Shown here piece after piece: positions 1 through 8,599 of a stretch of DNA of 64,000 bases (its first letter is position 1; the number at the start of each line of letters is the position of its first letter). Source of the stretch: Candidatus Aminicenantes bacterium (lineage in GTDB: Bacteria > Acidobacteriota > Aminicenantia > Aminicenantales > JAFGBC01); NCBI GenBank assembly GCA_963702005.1, contig OY969696.1:640001-704000 (forward strand), given 5' to 3'. Below the pieces are notes generated by a model, which had not been told where the DNA came from, did not search any database, and saw only the letters and a list, made by a program, of their open reading frames with translations. The translations under genes and the position numbers were made by a program.

Positions 1-210
1 GTCGTGCCGGCGGCCAACATGTTGCCCGAAGTCGCCTACGTCAAGCTGGCCTGGGCGCTGGGCCAGACGACCGACCTGGACGAAGTCAAGCGGATCATGC
101 TGACGCCGATCGCCGGCGAGACGACCGAGCGCGAGCCCTCGAACGGGTATTTGATTTTTCAGGGCGGCATCCCCGAAGTCGAAGAATTCATCTCAAAATA
201 TAGAAAATAA
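1..210 (+). CDS. gatD: C-terminal fragment of Glu-tRNA(Gln) amidotransferase subunit D / type I asparaginase-like protein
   Basis: [16 protein letters not shown]...MLTPIAGE matches the C-terminus of the GatD/AnsA family; gene runs off the window start. Confidence 0.7.
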   Translation, partial: VVPAANMLPEVAYVKLAWALGQTTDLDEVKRIMLTPIAGETTEREPSNGYLIFQGGIPEVEEFISKYRK

Positions 211-315
211 AATCGGGGATAAAATCGGGGTCGGACCAAGCTATCTGATTGATAATTCAGTATATAGAACTGTTTCTCGGGTAAAAATATGCCTTAGATT
301 GTGTTTTTAGACCCC
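207..315. repeat. Degenerate REP-like palindromic element (GGGGTC...GACCCC) with tandem end duplication
   Basis: ataaaatcgggg x2 at 207-230; ggggtc (227-232) and gacccc (310-315) flank an AT-rich spacer between convergent genes. Confidence 0.45.
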
Positions 316-409
316 ATAAATCAATTATTCGACGATTTGGCGGGATCCGGATCGATTTTCCATTTTAAGATCGGGGGCGCGAATGAAACAACGGCAGAGC
401 AAACCGTAT

Positions 410-2800
410 TCATTCCGCGAGATTGAACAACAGTCGGGCGGCGAATTTTCCATCCTCGTATTCTTTTGAATAAAATGCGGCGTGGAGGGCGCCCAGGGGC
501 CGCACGGCGATCCCCAGCGTCCGGCCGTCAATCAAACGCTGGAGGACCGGTCTCGAAATCGTCAAGTAGGTTTTCGCGCCGTCGCCCTCGCTGACCGGCC
601 AGTCGATGATCATCTGGGGGCAGACGGCGAGGTCGGGAAGCGCTCCCCGCAGTAAGTTATTCCAGGTAACGGCCTGCCGCCTCCAGCCGGGCTCCCCGCC
701 CAGGATTTCTACGACGCGGATCAGCCCGAAATCCGGAATATCTTTCGAAGTTCGCTCGACCGAACGCGTCGTCAGCTCGAGCAGCCCGGAACCAGCCGCT
801 TTCTTTCCGGCGAACGCGCTGAAGTCCCAGCGCAGGATGGCGGACAGGGTCCCGCCCACACTCACGAGAGCGATCTCCTTATCCCCCTCGAGGACTCGCC
901 ACCGGCCGAGGCAGACGTCCGGATTGCCGATGTCGACAATTCCGTCCTGGGCGACCGCGACTCCATGGGCGAACGTCTTCGGGTCCGCAACCGGAGGATG
1001 GTAGGGAATCGGCTCTCCCAGGTCGGGCCCGGCGACGGCGGGATCGACGACGTCGACCTTGAAATAATCCAAATCCACCCGATACTTACCCAGTCCCCAA
1101 TCCATGAGGGCGAGCTGGCCGTTGACGGTGTCCCCCGGCTCAGCCGGGAAATTATGCGTCGTCATGCTTATAACCCGCCACTCGTTCGGCTCCGGGATAT
1201 CGAATTCCATGAGATGAGTATGGAAATCGACGGTCCTCTGGGTGTTGAGATGAAGGTTGACCCGTCGCGGGGCGTGGCTCACTCTGATCCGGGCTTCAAT
1301 GCGAAGCTCGTGGCCGAAATCCCTGAGCCGCGCCAGATCCATCCCATCCGAGACCTTGTGCTTGATCAGCGCCCACCAGACGCCGCGCCGGTCCTTGGTC
1401 GCGTCGACATAAATCGAGGCGAAGCCGTCCCCCTGCCGGAAGTCCATGACCGCATTTCCCTCTCCCGAGAAATAGGCCCAGCCCTTGATCCCGTCCGGAT
1501 CCTTGGGAAGCTCCGGCCCGTTAAAATCGTCAAAGAAACCTGAGCCGGCGGGGCGAGACGGCCGGCGCATCCAATCCAGCAGTTCCCTGTGGTTGATGAC
1601 CCTGACCTCGGGCTTCGACAGCGCATAGTCGAGGAAATCCCGCACGGCCGCGCGGCGTTCGAGGATGAGCGCGGCTTGGGCTGCCGTCATCCCCGCCCGC
1701 ACCGTGTACAATTCGCTGTGGAGACCCACGGTCATCGGACAGCGGTTTCCCGAAAGATGCCGGTCCAGGGAGTATTTGAAGACGGACAGGAATTCGGTCG
1801 GCGTCAAATAGAACTCGTTCCAGAGATTCCAGTCCATGCCGGTGATCTCGCCGTTCTCCGGGATGAAGTAATCCTTGACCTTCTTGAGCCTGCCTCGCAA
1901 CCCCGCCGTCACACCGTAGCGCGGGCAATCTCGGTCGGGCGGCACGATATAATCGTAGATGGGAATTTCCCACAGCCCGGGATGGGGTCCGATCGGAGGA
2001 TTGTAGTCCGGAAGACCCTGGGACAGAAGGTAAGGCCAGCGGAAAATATCCCCATCCGCCCCCGCTCCCCGTCCCGGCCTAACAATCTCCTCGATGCTGG
2101 AGTCGTAAAGCAGCCCCTTCCGTTGGACGGCCGTCATTCCGTTGTCGGCGGGCTCGATGAAGGGCGCGCGGAAGCCGAGAAGGTCGGCCCGGGCGACGCC
2201 CAGCCCGGAGGCCGGATTGGGGAGATCGGGCGTTTCGGCGGCGTCCCAGGGCCGGGTCAAGATCTCGATGGATCGCTCGATCTCCGCTTCCCACTCGGCG
2301 ACCCCGAAGTCCCGGCCGTGCGGATGGGAATGGGTATGGACGCCGATCTCATGTCCGCGTTCGATCGCCTCATGCCAAGCGCGTTTGATGTAGACTGGAT
2401 TTTCCTTGGGGGCGGGGTCCCGGCCGGTCCCGGCCGAGCCGGATGTCTCGACGTTAAAAGTATTGACAAAGAAGGTGTAGTGAAGAGGCGTGCCATCGAA
2501 AGTTTGGGCGTCGCCGTTCCCCGCCGGATTTCGCCGGGCCGCGAACAACTCGGTCAGGAAATGGAGTCCGCCTTCGCTTCCCGACCCGGAGAGGCCAGAG
2601 AACCCGTTGTCGTCCGAGCTGAAGCAGACGAATTGAGGCATTGGCCTCGACGCCGGCCACTCCTCCACTCGCCCGCCGGGAGCGGAAAGGGCGGCTTCAT
2701 GACGAGTTCGCGCGCAGGAGACTATAACAAAGATCAAACCAAGAAAAAGCGCGGCCCGTCCCGGCCCTCGAAGCGCAAGGCCGACCGGTTTCTTTTTCAT
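410..2800 (-). CDS. Lipoprotein: polysaccharide deacetylase (CE4/NodB-like) domain fused to an uncharacterised C-terminal region
   Basis: Lipobox IVSC; motifs FSSDD, GHEIGVHTHSH, GFRAPF, YDSS; second ~370-aa region starts at FFDDF. Confidence 0.75.
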   Translation of the reverse strand: MKKKPVGLALRGPGRAALFLGLIFVIVSCARTRHEAALSAPGGRVEEWPASRPMPQFVCFSSDDNGFSGLSGSGSEGGLHFLTELFAARRNPAGNGDAQTFDGTPLHYTFFVNTFNVETSGSAGTGRDPAPKENPVYIKRAWHEAIERGHEIGVHTHSHPHGRDFGVAEWEAEIERSIEILTRPWDAAETPDLPNPASGLGVARADLLGFRAPFIEPADNGMTAVQRKGLLYDSSIEEIVRPGRGAGADGDIFRWPYLLSQGLPDYNPPIGPHPGLWEIPIYDYIVPPDRDCPRYGVTAGLRGRLKKVKDYFIPENGEITGMDWNLWNEFYLTPTEFLSVFKYSLDRHLSGNRCPMTVGLHSELYTVRAGMTAAQAALILERRAAVRDFLDYALSKPEVRVINHRELLDWMRRPSRPAGSGFFDDFNGPELPKDPDGIKGWAYFSGEGNAVMDFRQGDGFASIYVDATKDRRGVWWALIKHKVSDGMDLARLRDFGHELRIEARIRVSHAPRRVNLHLNTQRTVDFHTHLMEFDIPEPNEWRVISMTTHNFPAEPGDTVNGQLALMDWGLGKYRVDLDYFKVDVVDPAVAGPDLGEPIPYHPPVADPKTFAHGVAVAQDGIVDIGNPDVCLGRWRVLEGDKEIALVSVGGTLSAILRWDFSAFAGKKAAGSGLLELTTRSVERTSKDIPDFGLIRVVEILGGEPGWRRQAVTWNNLLRGALPDLAVCPQMIIDWPVSEGDGAKTYLTISRPVLQRLIDGRTLGIAVRPLGALHAAFYSKEYEDGKFAARLLFNLAE

Positions 2801-2817
2801 TGAGCCCTCGTTTTCAG

Positions 2818-4086
2818 TCAGAGCTTGAGGATGACTTTATTGCGGGTCGCCAGCCAGGTCAGGAATAGGACAAAGGCTGTCATGAGCGCGGCGTTCGCCA
2901 TGCCGGCGAGACCGCCCCGCTCGGCCAGCGGCCAGAAGACACGGCGGACATCCGTTTTTAGAAAGGACGAAGCGATATTCGTCAGGGCGTCGAGGATGCC
3001 AGGCAGGATGTAAGCCAGAAGCGGATTGCGGCCGATCGGCTGAAGGAATCCCGCCCAGCGCCGCAGCTTCAGGACGTCCATGACGACATAGAACCCGGCA
3101 AGGAGCAGGGCGCAGATGCCGGCCGTCGCCAAAGCCCAGGATTCGGTCGCCAGGATTTTACTGAACCCGTGGAGCGGGCGCAAAAGATACGCGGCCAGGA
3201 CGAGACCCGCTCCGAATAAGACCATAGCCCGGATTCTTCGCGGATGCTCCCCTTCCGTATTTCCGGGATTCCCTGGCAGGAAGAGCGTCCCGATGAAAGC
3301 GCCGGCAAGGATGATGGCCGTGTGAGAACCGAAATTGGCACCGGCGTCTATGAAACCATTCCTTAGCCCGAGGACGATTAAAGCGCCATGGCGGGTGGCG
3401 ATGAAGAAACCAACGGCGAGGCTCGTCATGCCCAGGAGCGCGGTCCTGTCCCCGCGGCTGAGGAGATAGAGAAGGCTGGCGGCCAGGTAGGTCCAGCCGA
3501 TGATTCCCAGGATCCCCCACCAGGAATGCTGGAGCCAAACGACCGCGCCGGCCTCGGTCTGACCGCGGAAAACGACGAGGAGGATGGCGAGAACGACGGC
3601 CGAAGCCGCCTTGATCCCCAATTGCGCCGTCCGCCGCCGCTCGGAGGCGTCCTTGGGCGTCATCATCCACAGGCCGATGACGGCCATGTAGGCTAACAGG
3701 AACCAGGCGTCGCGGCTCAGTCCCGAGGCGGCGGCTGAAAAAGACTCCTCATTGACCTGGATGACGCCCAGGAAGATGAGGGCGGCCGCCCGGACGGCGA
3801 TATGCTTGAGGAGGCGCCAGGTCGAGTCGCCCTCGGCCTTCCTCTTGGCGAGGGCGAGCGGGATCGAAACCCCGACGATGAACAGGAAGCCGGGGAAGAC
3901 AACGTCGGTCAGAGTGAAGGCGTCCATCTCGGCTTTGGCGTGCCGGAAGATGAACGGGATCGCCGCCATGCCGGCGATGTAATTTACGAAGATCATGGTC
4001 AGGATGTCGAACCCGCGGAAGGCGTCCAGGCAAGCCAGACGCGAAGAGGCTTTCCCTTTCGAAGCGGCGGTCCCCGCGGCGTCCAT
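2818..4086 (-). CDS. Heparan-alpha-glucosaminide N-acetyltransferase-like (NagX/DUF5009) membrane protein
   Basis: RLACLDAFRGFDILTMIFVN, DVVFPGFLFIVGVS, GILGIIG motifs; multi-TM. Confidence 0.8.
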   Translation of the reverse strand: MDAAGTAASKGKASSRLACLDAFRGFDILTMIFVNYIAGMAAIPFIFRHAKAEMDAFTLTDVVFPGFLFIVGVSIPLALAKRKAEGDSTWRLLKHIAVRAAALIFLGVIQVNEESFSAAASGLSRDAWFLLAYMAVIGLWMMTPKDASERRRTAQLGIKAASAVVLAILLVVFRGQTEAGAVVWLQHSWWGILGIIGWTYLAASLLYLLSRGDRTALLGMTSLAVGFFIATRHGALIVLGLRNGFIDAGANFGSHTAIILAGAFIGTLFLPGNPGNTEGEHPRRIRAMVLFGAGLVLAAYLLRPLHGFSKILATESWALATAGICALLLAGFYVVMDVLKLRRWAGFLQPIGRNPLLAYILPGILDALTNIASSFLKTDVRRVFWPLAERGGLAGMANAALMTAFVLFLTWLATRNKVILKL

Positions 4087-4174
4087 AACGTGCTCCTGTC
4101 TTTACCCCGCAAATTATCAGCCGGGGTTCAATTTGTCAATCGGATTCCCACTTCTGGGTGAATGGCGACATAAA

Positions 4175-4296
4175 GGCGGCGAGGAGGCCGTCCTCTGCCC
4201 CCGACCCCCGGGAACCAGTCCCGTCGGTTCCCCCATCGGCTTGCGCCGCTGGGTCCCCCTCCGCTACGGGGGCTAAAGGACGGCCTCCTCTCCGCC
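4175..4296 (+). repeat. Structured intergenic repeat, copy A
   Basis: Core gcccccgacccccgggaaccagtcccgtcggttccccc...gggtccccctccgctacgggggct also occurs (reverse complement) at 52085-52209; closed by terminal stem gaggaggccgtcct/aggacggcctcctc. Confidence 0.85.
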
Positions 4297-4351
4297 CAAC
4301 GGAGATTTGGCGGGATTCCCTCCCGGCCGGCAAATGCTGTACAATCCCGGC

Positions 4352-4942
4352 ATGAACAGAATCTGCGTCTTCTGCGGGTCGAGTCCGGGAGCTAAGCCTG
4401 CGTACGCGGCGGCGGCCCGCGCCCTGGCCGAGGCGTTTCTCGCCCGCAAGCTTGGCCTCGTCTACGGCGGCGGCCGGGTCGGCCTCATGTACGAGGTCGC
4501 CCGGACCGTGTTCGAAGCGGGCGGTGAGGTCGTCGGCGTTATCCCGGCCGGCATGGTCGAGCGCGAGCTCGCCTACCGGGAGCTCCGCGACCTCAGGGTC
4601 GTCGCCTCCATGCACGAGCGGAAAGCCCTCATGGCCGACCTGGCCGACGGCTTCATCGCGCTTCCGGGCGGGCTGGGGACGATCGAGGAATTCTTCGAGG
4701 TCCTGACCTGGGCCCAGCTCGGGATCCACCGGAAGCCCTGCGGCATCCTCAACCCGGGCGGGTATTTCGGCCCGCTCGTCGCGTTCCTGGACAGCGCCGT
4801 CGAGGAGAAATTCGTCCAGCCCGAGCACCGGCGGATGATCATCGTCGAGGAGGATCCCAACCACCTCCTCGACCGGTTCGAGACCTATCGGCCGCCGGAC
4901 GCGGACATGGCCCGCTGGGCCCTGGACATGACCAACCGATAG
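4352..4942 (+). CDS. LOG family nucleotide monophosphate phosphoribohydrolase (TIGR00730)
   Basis: ICVFCGS, LVYGGG, MHERK, PGGLGTIEE motifs; TACAAT 7 nt before the ATG suggests a leaderless mRNA. Confidence 0.93.
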   Translation: MNRICVFCGSSPGAKPAYAAAARALAEAFLARKLGLVYGGGRVGLMYEVARTVFEAGGEVVGVIPAGMVERELAYRELRDLRVVASMHERKALMADLADGFIALPGGLGTIEEFFEVLTWAQLGIHRKPCGILNPGGYFGPLVAFLDSAVEEKFVQPEHRRMIIVEEDPNHLLDRFETYRPPDADMARWALDMTNR

Positions 4943-4969
4943 GCGGGAATTGTCTGCGGAAAAACGTCG

Positions 4970-6118
4970 TTGGCTAAGAAGCGGATCGGACTCATCGTCG
5001 CGGCCGGATGGGCCGCCCTGTGTCTCTCGGCCCAAGAGAAACCCAAACCTTCAGGAATCTTCAGCCTCTACGTCGAGAACGACGTCTTCGCCGGGACCGA
5101 CCGCGGCTACACGAACGGCTTTCGCTTCGTGTGGGTCTCCCTCGACCTCAACGTTGAGCGGGACCAGGTCCGCCCGCCGCGCTGGCTGGACCGGCTCAGC
5201 CGGATGTTCCCCCTGGTCCAGCCGCCGGATGCGCGCCGCTTCATGTCGCTCTCCTTCGGGCAGAACATCTACACTCCGGACGACATCACTCGGAGCGACC
5301 TCATTCCCGATGACCGGCCCTATGCCGGGATCAGCTACGCCGCGCTCGGCTTCCACGCCCAGGACCGCTCCTCCATGGACACGGTCGAGCTCTACGCCGG
5401 GATTGTCGGGCCCAGCTCTTTGGCCGGATGGACCCAGCGCACTCTCCACAAGTTTTTCGGATGGACTTATCCCCAGGGCTGGGCCCGCCAGCTCCACGAC
5501 GAGCCCGTCCTCGGACTCGTCTACGACCACAAGTGGAAGCTCGACATGACCCGTTCGCCGACGCCAAACCCCGCCTTTCAAGGCGGGGATGAGAAGCGAG
5601 GCTCAGGGTTAACCCCGAACAAGCCCCGGCATTCATGCCGGGGTGTCGAGGGGTTGACCCGAGAATCGCGCAGCCTCGGCTGGGACCTGATCGGCCACGG
5701 CGGCGCCGAGCTCTCCAACATGTGGACGGGACTCCGCAGCGGTATTGAGCTCCGAAGCGGCTGGAACCTTCCCAGGGATTTCGGGACATCCTTCATTCAG
5801 CCCGGGAGCGACAGCGCCTCGCTCTTCGAGGAGCGGGATATCCGTCTCAAGGGACGGGAACTCTTCGGCTTTCACCTGTTTCTGGCCTTGGAGGGGCAGT
5901 GGGTCGCCCGCAACCTGTTCCTCGACGGAAACACCTTTCGGTCCAGCCATCACGTCGAGAAGGAGCCGTTCCTGGCCGGCGCCGCGGCCGGGTTCGCCCT
6001 CCGCTATAAGCGCTTGAGGTTCAGCTTTTCCTATGTCGCCAAAACGAAGGAATTTACCACCCAGCGGAAAAAAAGCCTGTTCGGCTCGCTCAATATCTCA
6101 TTCACGCTCAGGCATTGA
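4970..6118 (+). CDS. Lipid A deacylase LpxR family (DUF2219) outer-membrane protein with a 36-aa in-frame MITE insert
   Basis: Signal peptide; ENDVF, DRGYTNG, GQNIYTP, DRPYAG, NLFLDGN motifs; TTG start. Confidence 0.85.
   Translation: MAKKRIGLIVAAGWAALCLSAQEKPKPSGIFSLYVENDVFAGTDRGYTNGFRFVWVSLDLNVERDQVRPPRWLDRLSRMFPLVQPPDARRFMSLSFGQNIYTPDDITRSDLIPDDRPYAGISYAALGFHAQDRSSMDTVELYAGIVGPSSLAGWTQRTLHKFFGWTYPQGWARQLHDEPVLGLVYDHKWKLDMTRSPTPNPAFQGGDEKRGSGLTPNKPRHSCRGVEGLTRESRSLGWDLIGHGGAELSNMWTGLRSGIELRSGWNLPRDFGTSFIQPGSDSASLFEERDIRLKGRELFGFHLFLALEGQWVARNLFLDGNTFRSSHHVEKEPFLAGAAAGFALRYKRLRFSFSYVAKTKEFTTQRKKSLFGSLNISFTLRH
5547..5658 (+). mobile_element. 108-bp palindromic MITE inserted in-frame in the lpxR-like gene
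   Basis: Flanked by tgacccg direct repeats (5547, 5655); IS200/IS605-style hairpins ccccgcctttcaaggcgggg and ccccggcattcatgccgggg; homologous copies at 12646-12958, 37597-37670, 47594-47704. Confidence 0.9.
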
Positions 6119-6124
6119 CGGAAT

Positions 6125-6188
6125 AATTCTGGGGACACACGACTTAATTCCTGATCTTTCTTGAATTAAGTCGTGTGTCCCCAGAATT
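6125..6188. repeat. REP-like 26-bp inverted repeat (GGGGACAC family)
   Basis: aattctggggacacacgacttaattc / gaattaagtcgtgtgtccccagaatt between convergent genes; the same arms occur at 32326-32545. Confidence 0.9.
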
Positions 6189-6944
6189 CTAACAGGACTT
6201 GAGATCGCGGACGACCTGGGCGGCCGCGCGCGAAAAGAGCGTGATGTCGGTCGCGACGCAGACCAAGTTGAATCCGGCGCGCAAGGCGCTCTCGGCGGAG
6301 GCCGTGTCCCCGGCGAAGATTCCGGCCGGGACTCCCTGCTCGCCGCAGGCTTTTCTGACCTTGGCGATCGCTTCCTGGACTTCGGGGTCGGCGACTTGGC
6401 CCGGCTTCTTGAGGCTGGCCGAGAGGTCGTAGGGCCCGACGAGGACGGCGTCGATGCCGGCGACGGCGATAATGTCCCCGATATTGCGGACGGCATCGAT
6501 GTGCTCGACCTGGGCGATGAAGGAGGTATTTCTGTTCGCCTCGACCAGGTACTCTTCGATCTTCATCCCGAACCGCGAGGCCCGGGCGATGCTGATGCTG
6601 CGTTCGCCCTCGGGCGGGAACAGGCTCAGCCGGACGGCCCTCTCCGCCTCGGCGCGGGTATTGATGTGGGGAAAGATGAGTCCGGCGACGCCGGCGTCGA
6701 GGGCCTTCTTGATCCAGGTTTCTTCGTTGGCCGGAACCCGGACGACGCAGGGGCAGCGGTCGCCCACGGCCTGGGCGATTCGCTGGACGGCCAGCGAGTC
6801 GAGGAGGCCGTGCTCCATGTCCAGGAACAGCCAGTCGAACCCCGCGTCCGCGGCGATCTCGGCCAGCTCGGGTGCCGCCAGCGTCAGGAGCGTTCCGACG
6901 AGCCTTTCGCGGTCCAGGAGCTGCTGCTTGAAAAGAATGTGCAT
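6189..6944 (-). CDS. HpcH/HpaI aldolase family protein
   Basis: GFDWLFLDMEHG, VVRVP, QVEH, GPYDLS motifs; GAGG SD before MHILFK start. Confidence 0.92.
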   Translation of the reverse strand: MHILFKQQLLDRERLVGTLLTLAAPELAEIAADAGFDWLFLDMEHGLLDSLAVQRIAQAVGDRCPCVVRVPANEETWIKKALDAGVAGLIFPHINTRAEAERAVRLSLFPPEGERSISIARASRFGMKIEEYLVEANRNTSFIAQVEHIDAVRNIGDIIAVAGIDAVLVGPYDLSASLKKPGQVADPEVQEAIAKVRKACGEQGVPAGIFAGDTASAESALRAGFNLVCVATDITLFSRAAAQVVRDLKSC

Positions 6945-7043
6945 GCCGCCACCTCGCCGCTTCTTTATACCAAGACCCGCCGTAAAAGTAAAACGCTTAA
7001 GGGCTCGGGGCAGGCTTAGCCGATGGGGTTCGAAGGACGCGAC

Positions 7044-7194
7044 GGCTCGGACCAGGCCATTCGAGGGCACGCGGCGATTTCCCCAGCGAGGAAATCTTGC
7101 TCGCTTCGAGCCTCCGCTCCCGCCTTCGCTTCGTTTGGCGGACCATGCCCGCTCCGGCTCTCAGACGACCCTCTTCATGGCCTGGTTCCGAGCC
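7044..7194. repeat. Possible 150-bp hairpin element / MITE in divergent intergenic region
   Basis: Terminal inverted arms ggctcggaccaggccat / atggcctggttccgagcc; single copy in the window. Confidence 0.45.
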
Positions 7195-7273
7195 CTCCTC
7201 TGGAAATCATATAATTGGAAATGGCAAGTCCGGCTGTGGTATATAGGAATTCATGCCTAACGGAGGTGATGCC

Positions 7274-8599
7274 ATGAGAAGAAAATTCGCGCTTGTGCTC
7301 TTGCTGACGGCCGCCTTAGCCCTCTCGCTGTCGGCGGCCTTCAAAAAAGAAGACGTCCAGGTCCACAATCTCGGCAACGGCCTCAAGATCCTCTTGGTCG
7401 AGGACCACAACGTCCCCAATATCGCGCTCTACACCTTCTTTCGGGTCGGCTCCCGGAACGAGCGTCCCGGGCTGACCGGCGTCTCCCATTTCATCGAGCA
7501 CATGATGTTTAACGGCACCCCCAAGGTCGGGCCGGGCGAGTTCGACCGCCGCATGGAGTTCCGGGGCGGCTCGAACAACGCCTATACTGCCGACGATATG
7601 ACGGCGTATACGGACTGGTTCCCGGCCGCCGCCCTGGAAGCGATGATCGAGATGGAGGCGGACCGGATCCAGGGCCTGGCCTTCGCGCCCGACGTCCTCG
7701 AATCCGAGCGCGGCGTCGTCGCCTCCGAGCGCCGGATGGGCGTCGAGAACAACAACGACGCGATCCTGGGCGAGAACGTCCGGGCCACGGCCATCATGGC
7801 CCATCCCTACCATTGGGACGTCATCGGCTGGATGAGCGACATCCTGAGCTGGCGGCGCGACGAGATCATGGCCTACTACCGGACCTTCTACGCGCCGAAC
7901 AACGCCATCTTGATCGCCGTGGGCGATTTCGATCCGGTCCGTGCCCTCGCCCTCATCAAGAAATACTACGAGCCGATCCCGGCTTCGCCGCCGCCCCCTC
8001 CCGTCAGCACGGTCGAGCCGCCGCAGCAGGGTCTCAAGACCGTCGTCATCCGCAAGGAAGCCCAGACCCCTTCGTTCCAGGCCGTCTGGCACGCGCCGAG
8101 CGCCAAGGACCCCGATTTTCTCCCGCTGGCGATCCTGGCCAAGCCTCTCCTGGAGGGAAAGAGCAGCCGGCTCTATCGGCGTCTCGTCCGCGAAGAGCAG
8201 CTCGCCATCAACGTTAACGGAGGCATCGGGGAGACGATCGATCCCCTTCTGTTCATGATCGACGTCAAGCCCCGCCCCGGCGCCGACCTCGATAGAATCA
8301 ACGGTGTCATCGAGGAGGAGCTGGCCAAGGTCAAGACGGAGGGGATCACCAAGGCGGAATACGACAAGGCCCTGAACATCATCCGGAACGACTTCTACAT
8401 GGGGCTTCAAACGATCGCCGGCAAGGCCAACCAGCTCGGCACGGCCGAGGTCTTCTACGGCGATTTCGGCAAGCTCTTCACCGTCATGGATGACTACGCG
8501 GCCGTCAAGATCGAGAGGATCAAGGAGGTGGCCCTGAAGTATTTCAGCGAGAACAACAAAACGATCGGGAAGCTCATTCCCGAGGGAGGTGCCAAGTGA
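7274..8599 (+). CDS. M16 (pitrilysin) zinc peptidase, catalytic subunit
   Basis: HFIEH (HxxEH), NAYT, ERGVVASERR; signal peptide; GGAGG SD. Confidence 0.93.
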   Translation: MRRKFALVLLLTAALALSLSAAFKKEDVQVHNLGNGLKILLVEDHNVPNIALYTFFRVGSRNERPGLTGVSHFIEHMMFNGTPKVGPGEFDRRMEFRGGSNNAYTADDMTAYTDWFPAAALEAMIEMEADRIQGLAFAPDVLESERGVVASERRMGVENNNDAILGENVRATAIMAHPYHWDVIGWMSDILSWRRDEIMAYYRTFYAPNNAILIAVGDFDPVRALALIKKYYEPIPASPPPPPVSTVEPPQQGLKTVVIRKEAQTPSFQAVWHAPSAKDPDFLPLAILAKPLLEGKSSRLYRRLVREEQLAINVNGGIGETIDPLLFMIDVKPRPGADLDRINGVIEEELAKVKTEGITKAEYDKALNIIRNDFYMGLQTIAGKANQLGTAEVFYGDFGKLFTVMDDYAAVKIERIKEVALKYFSENNKTIGKLIPEGGAK

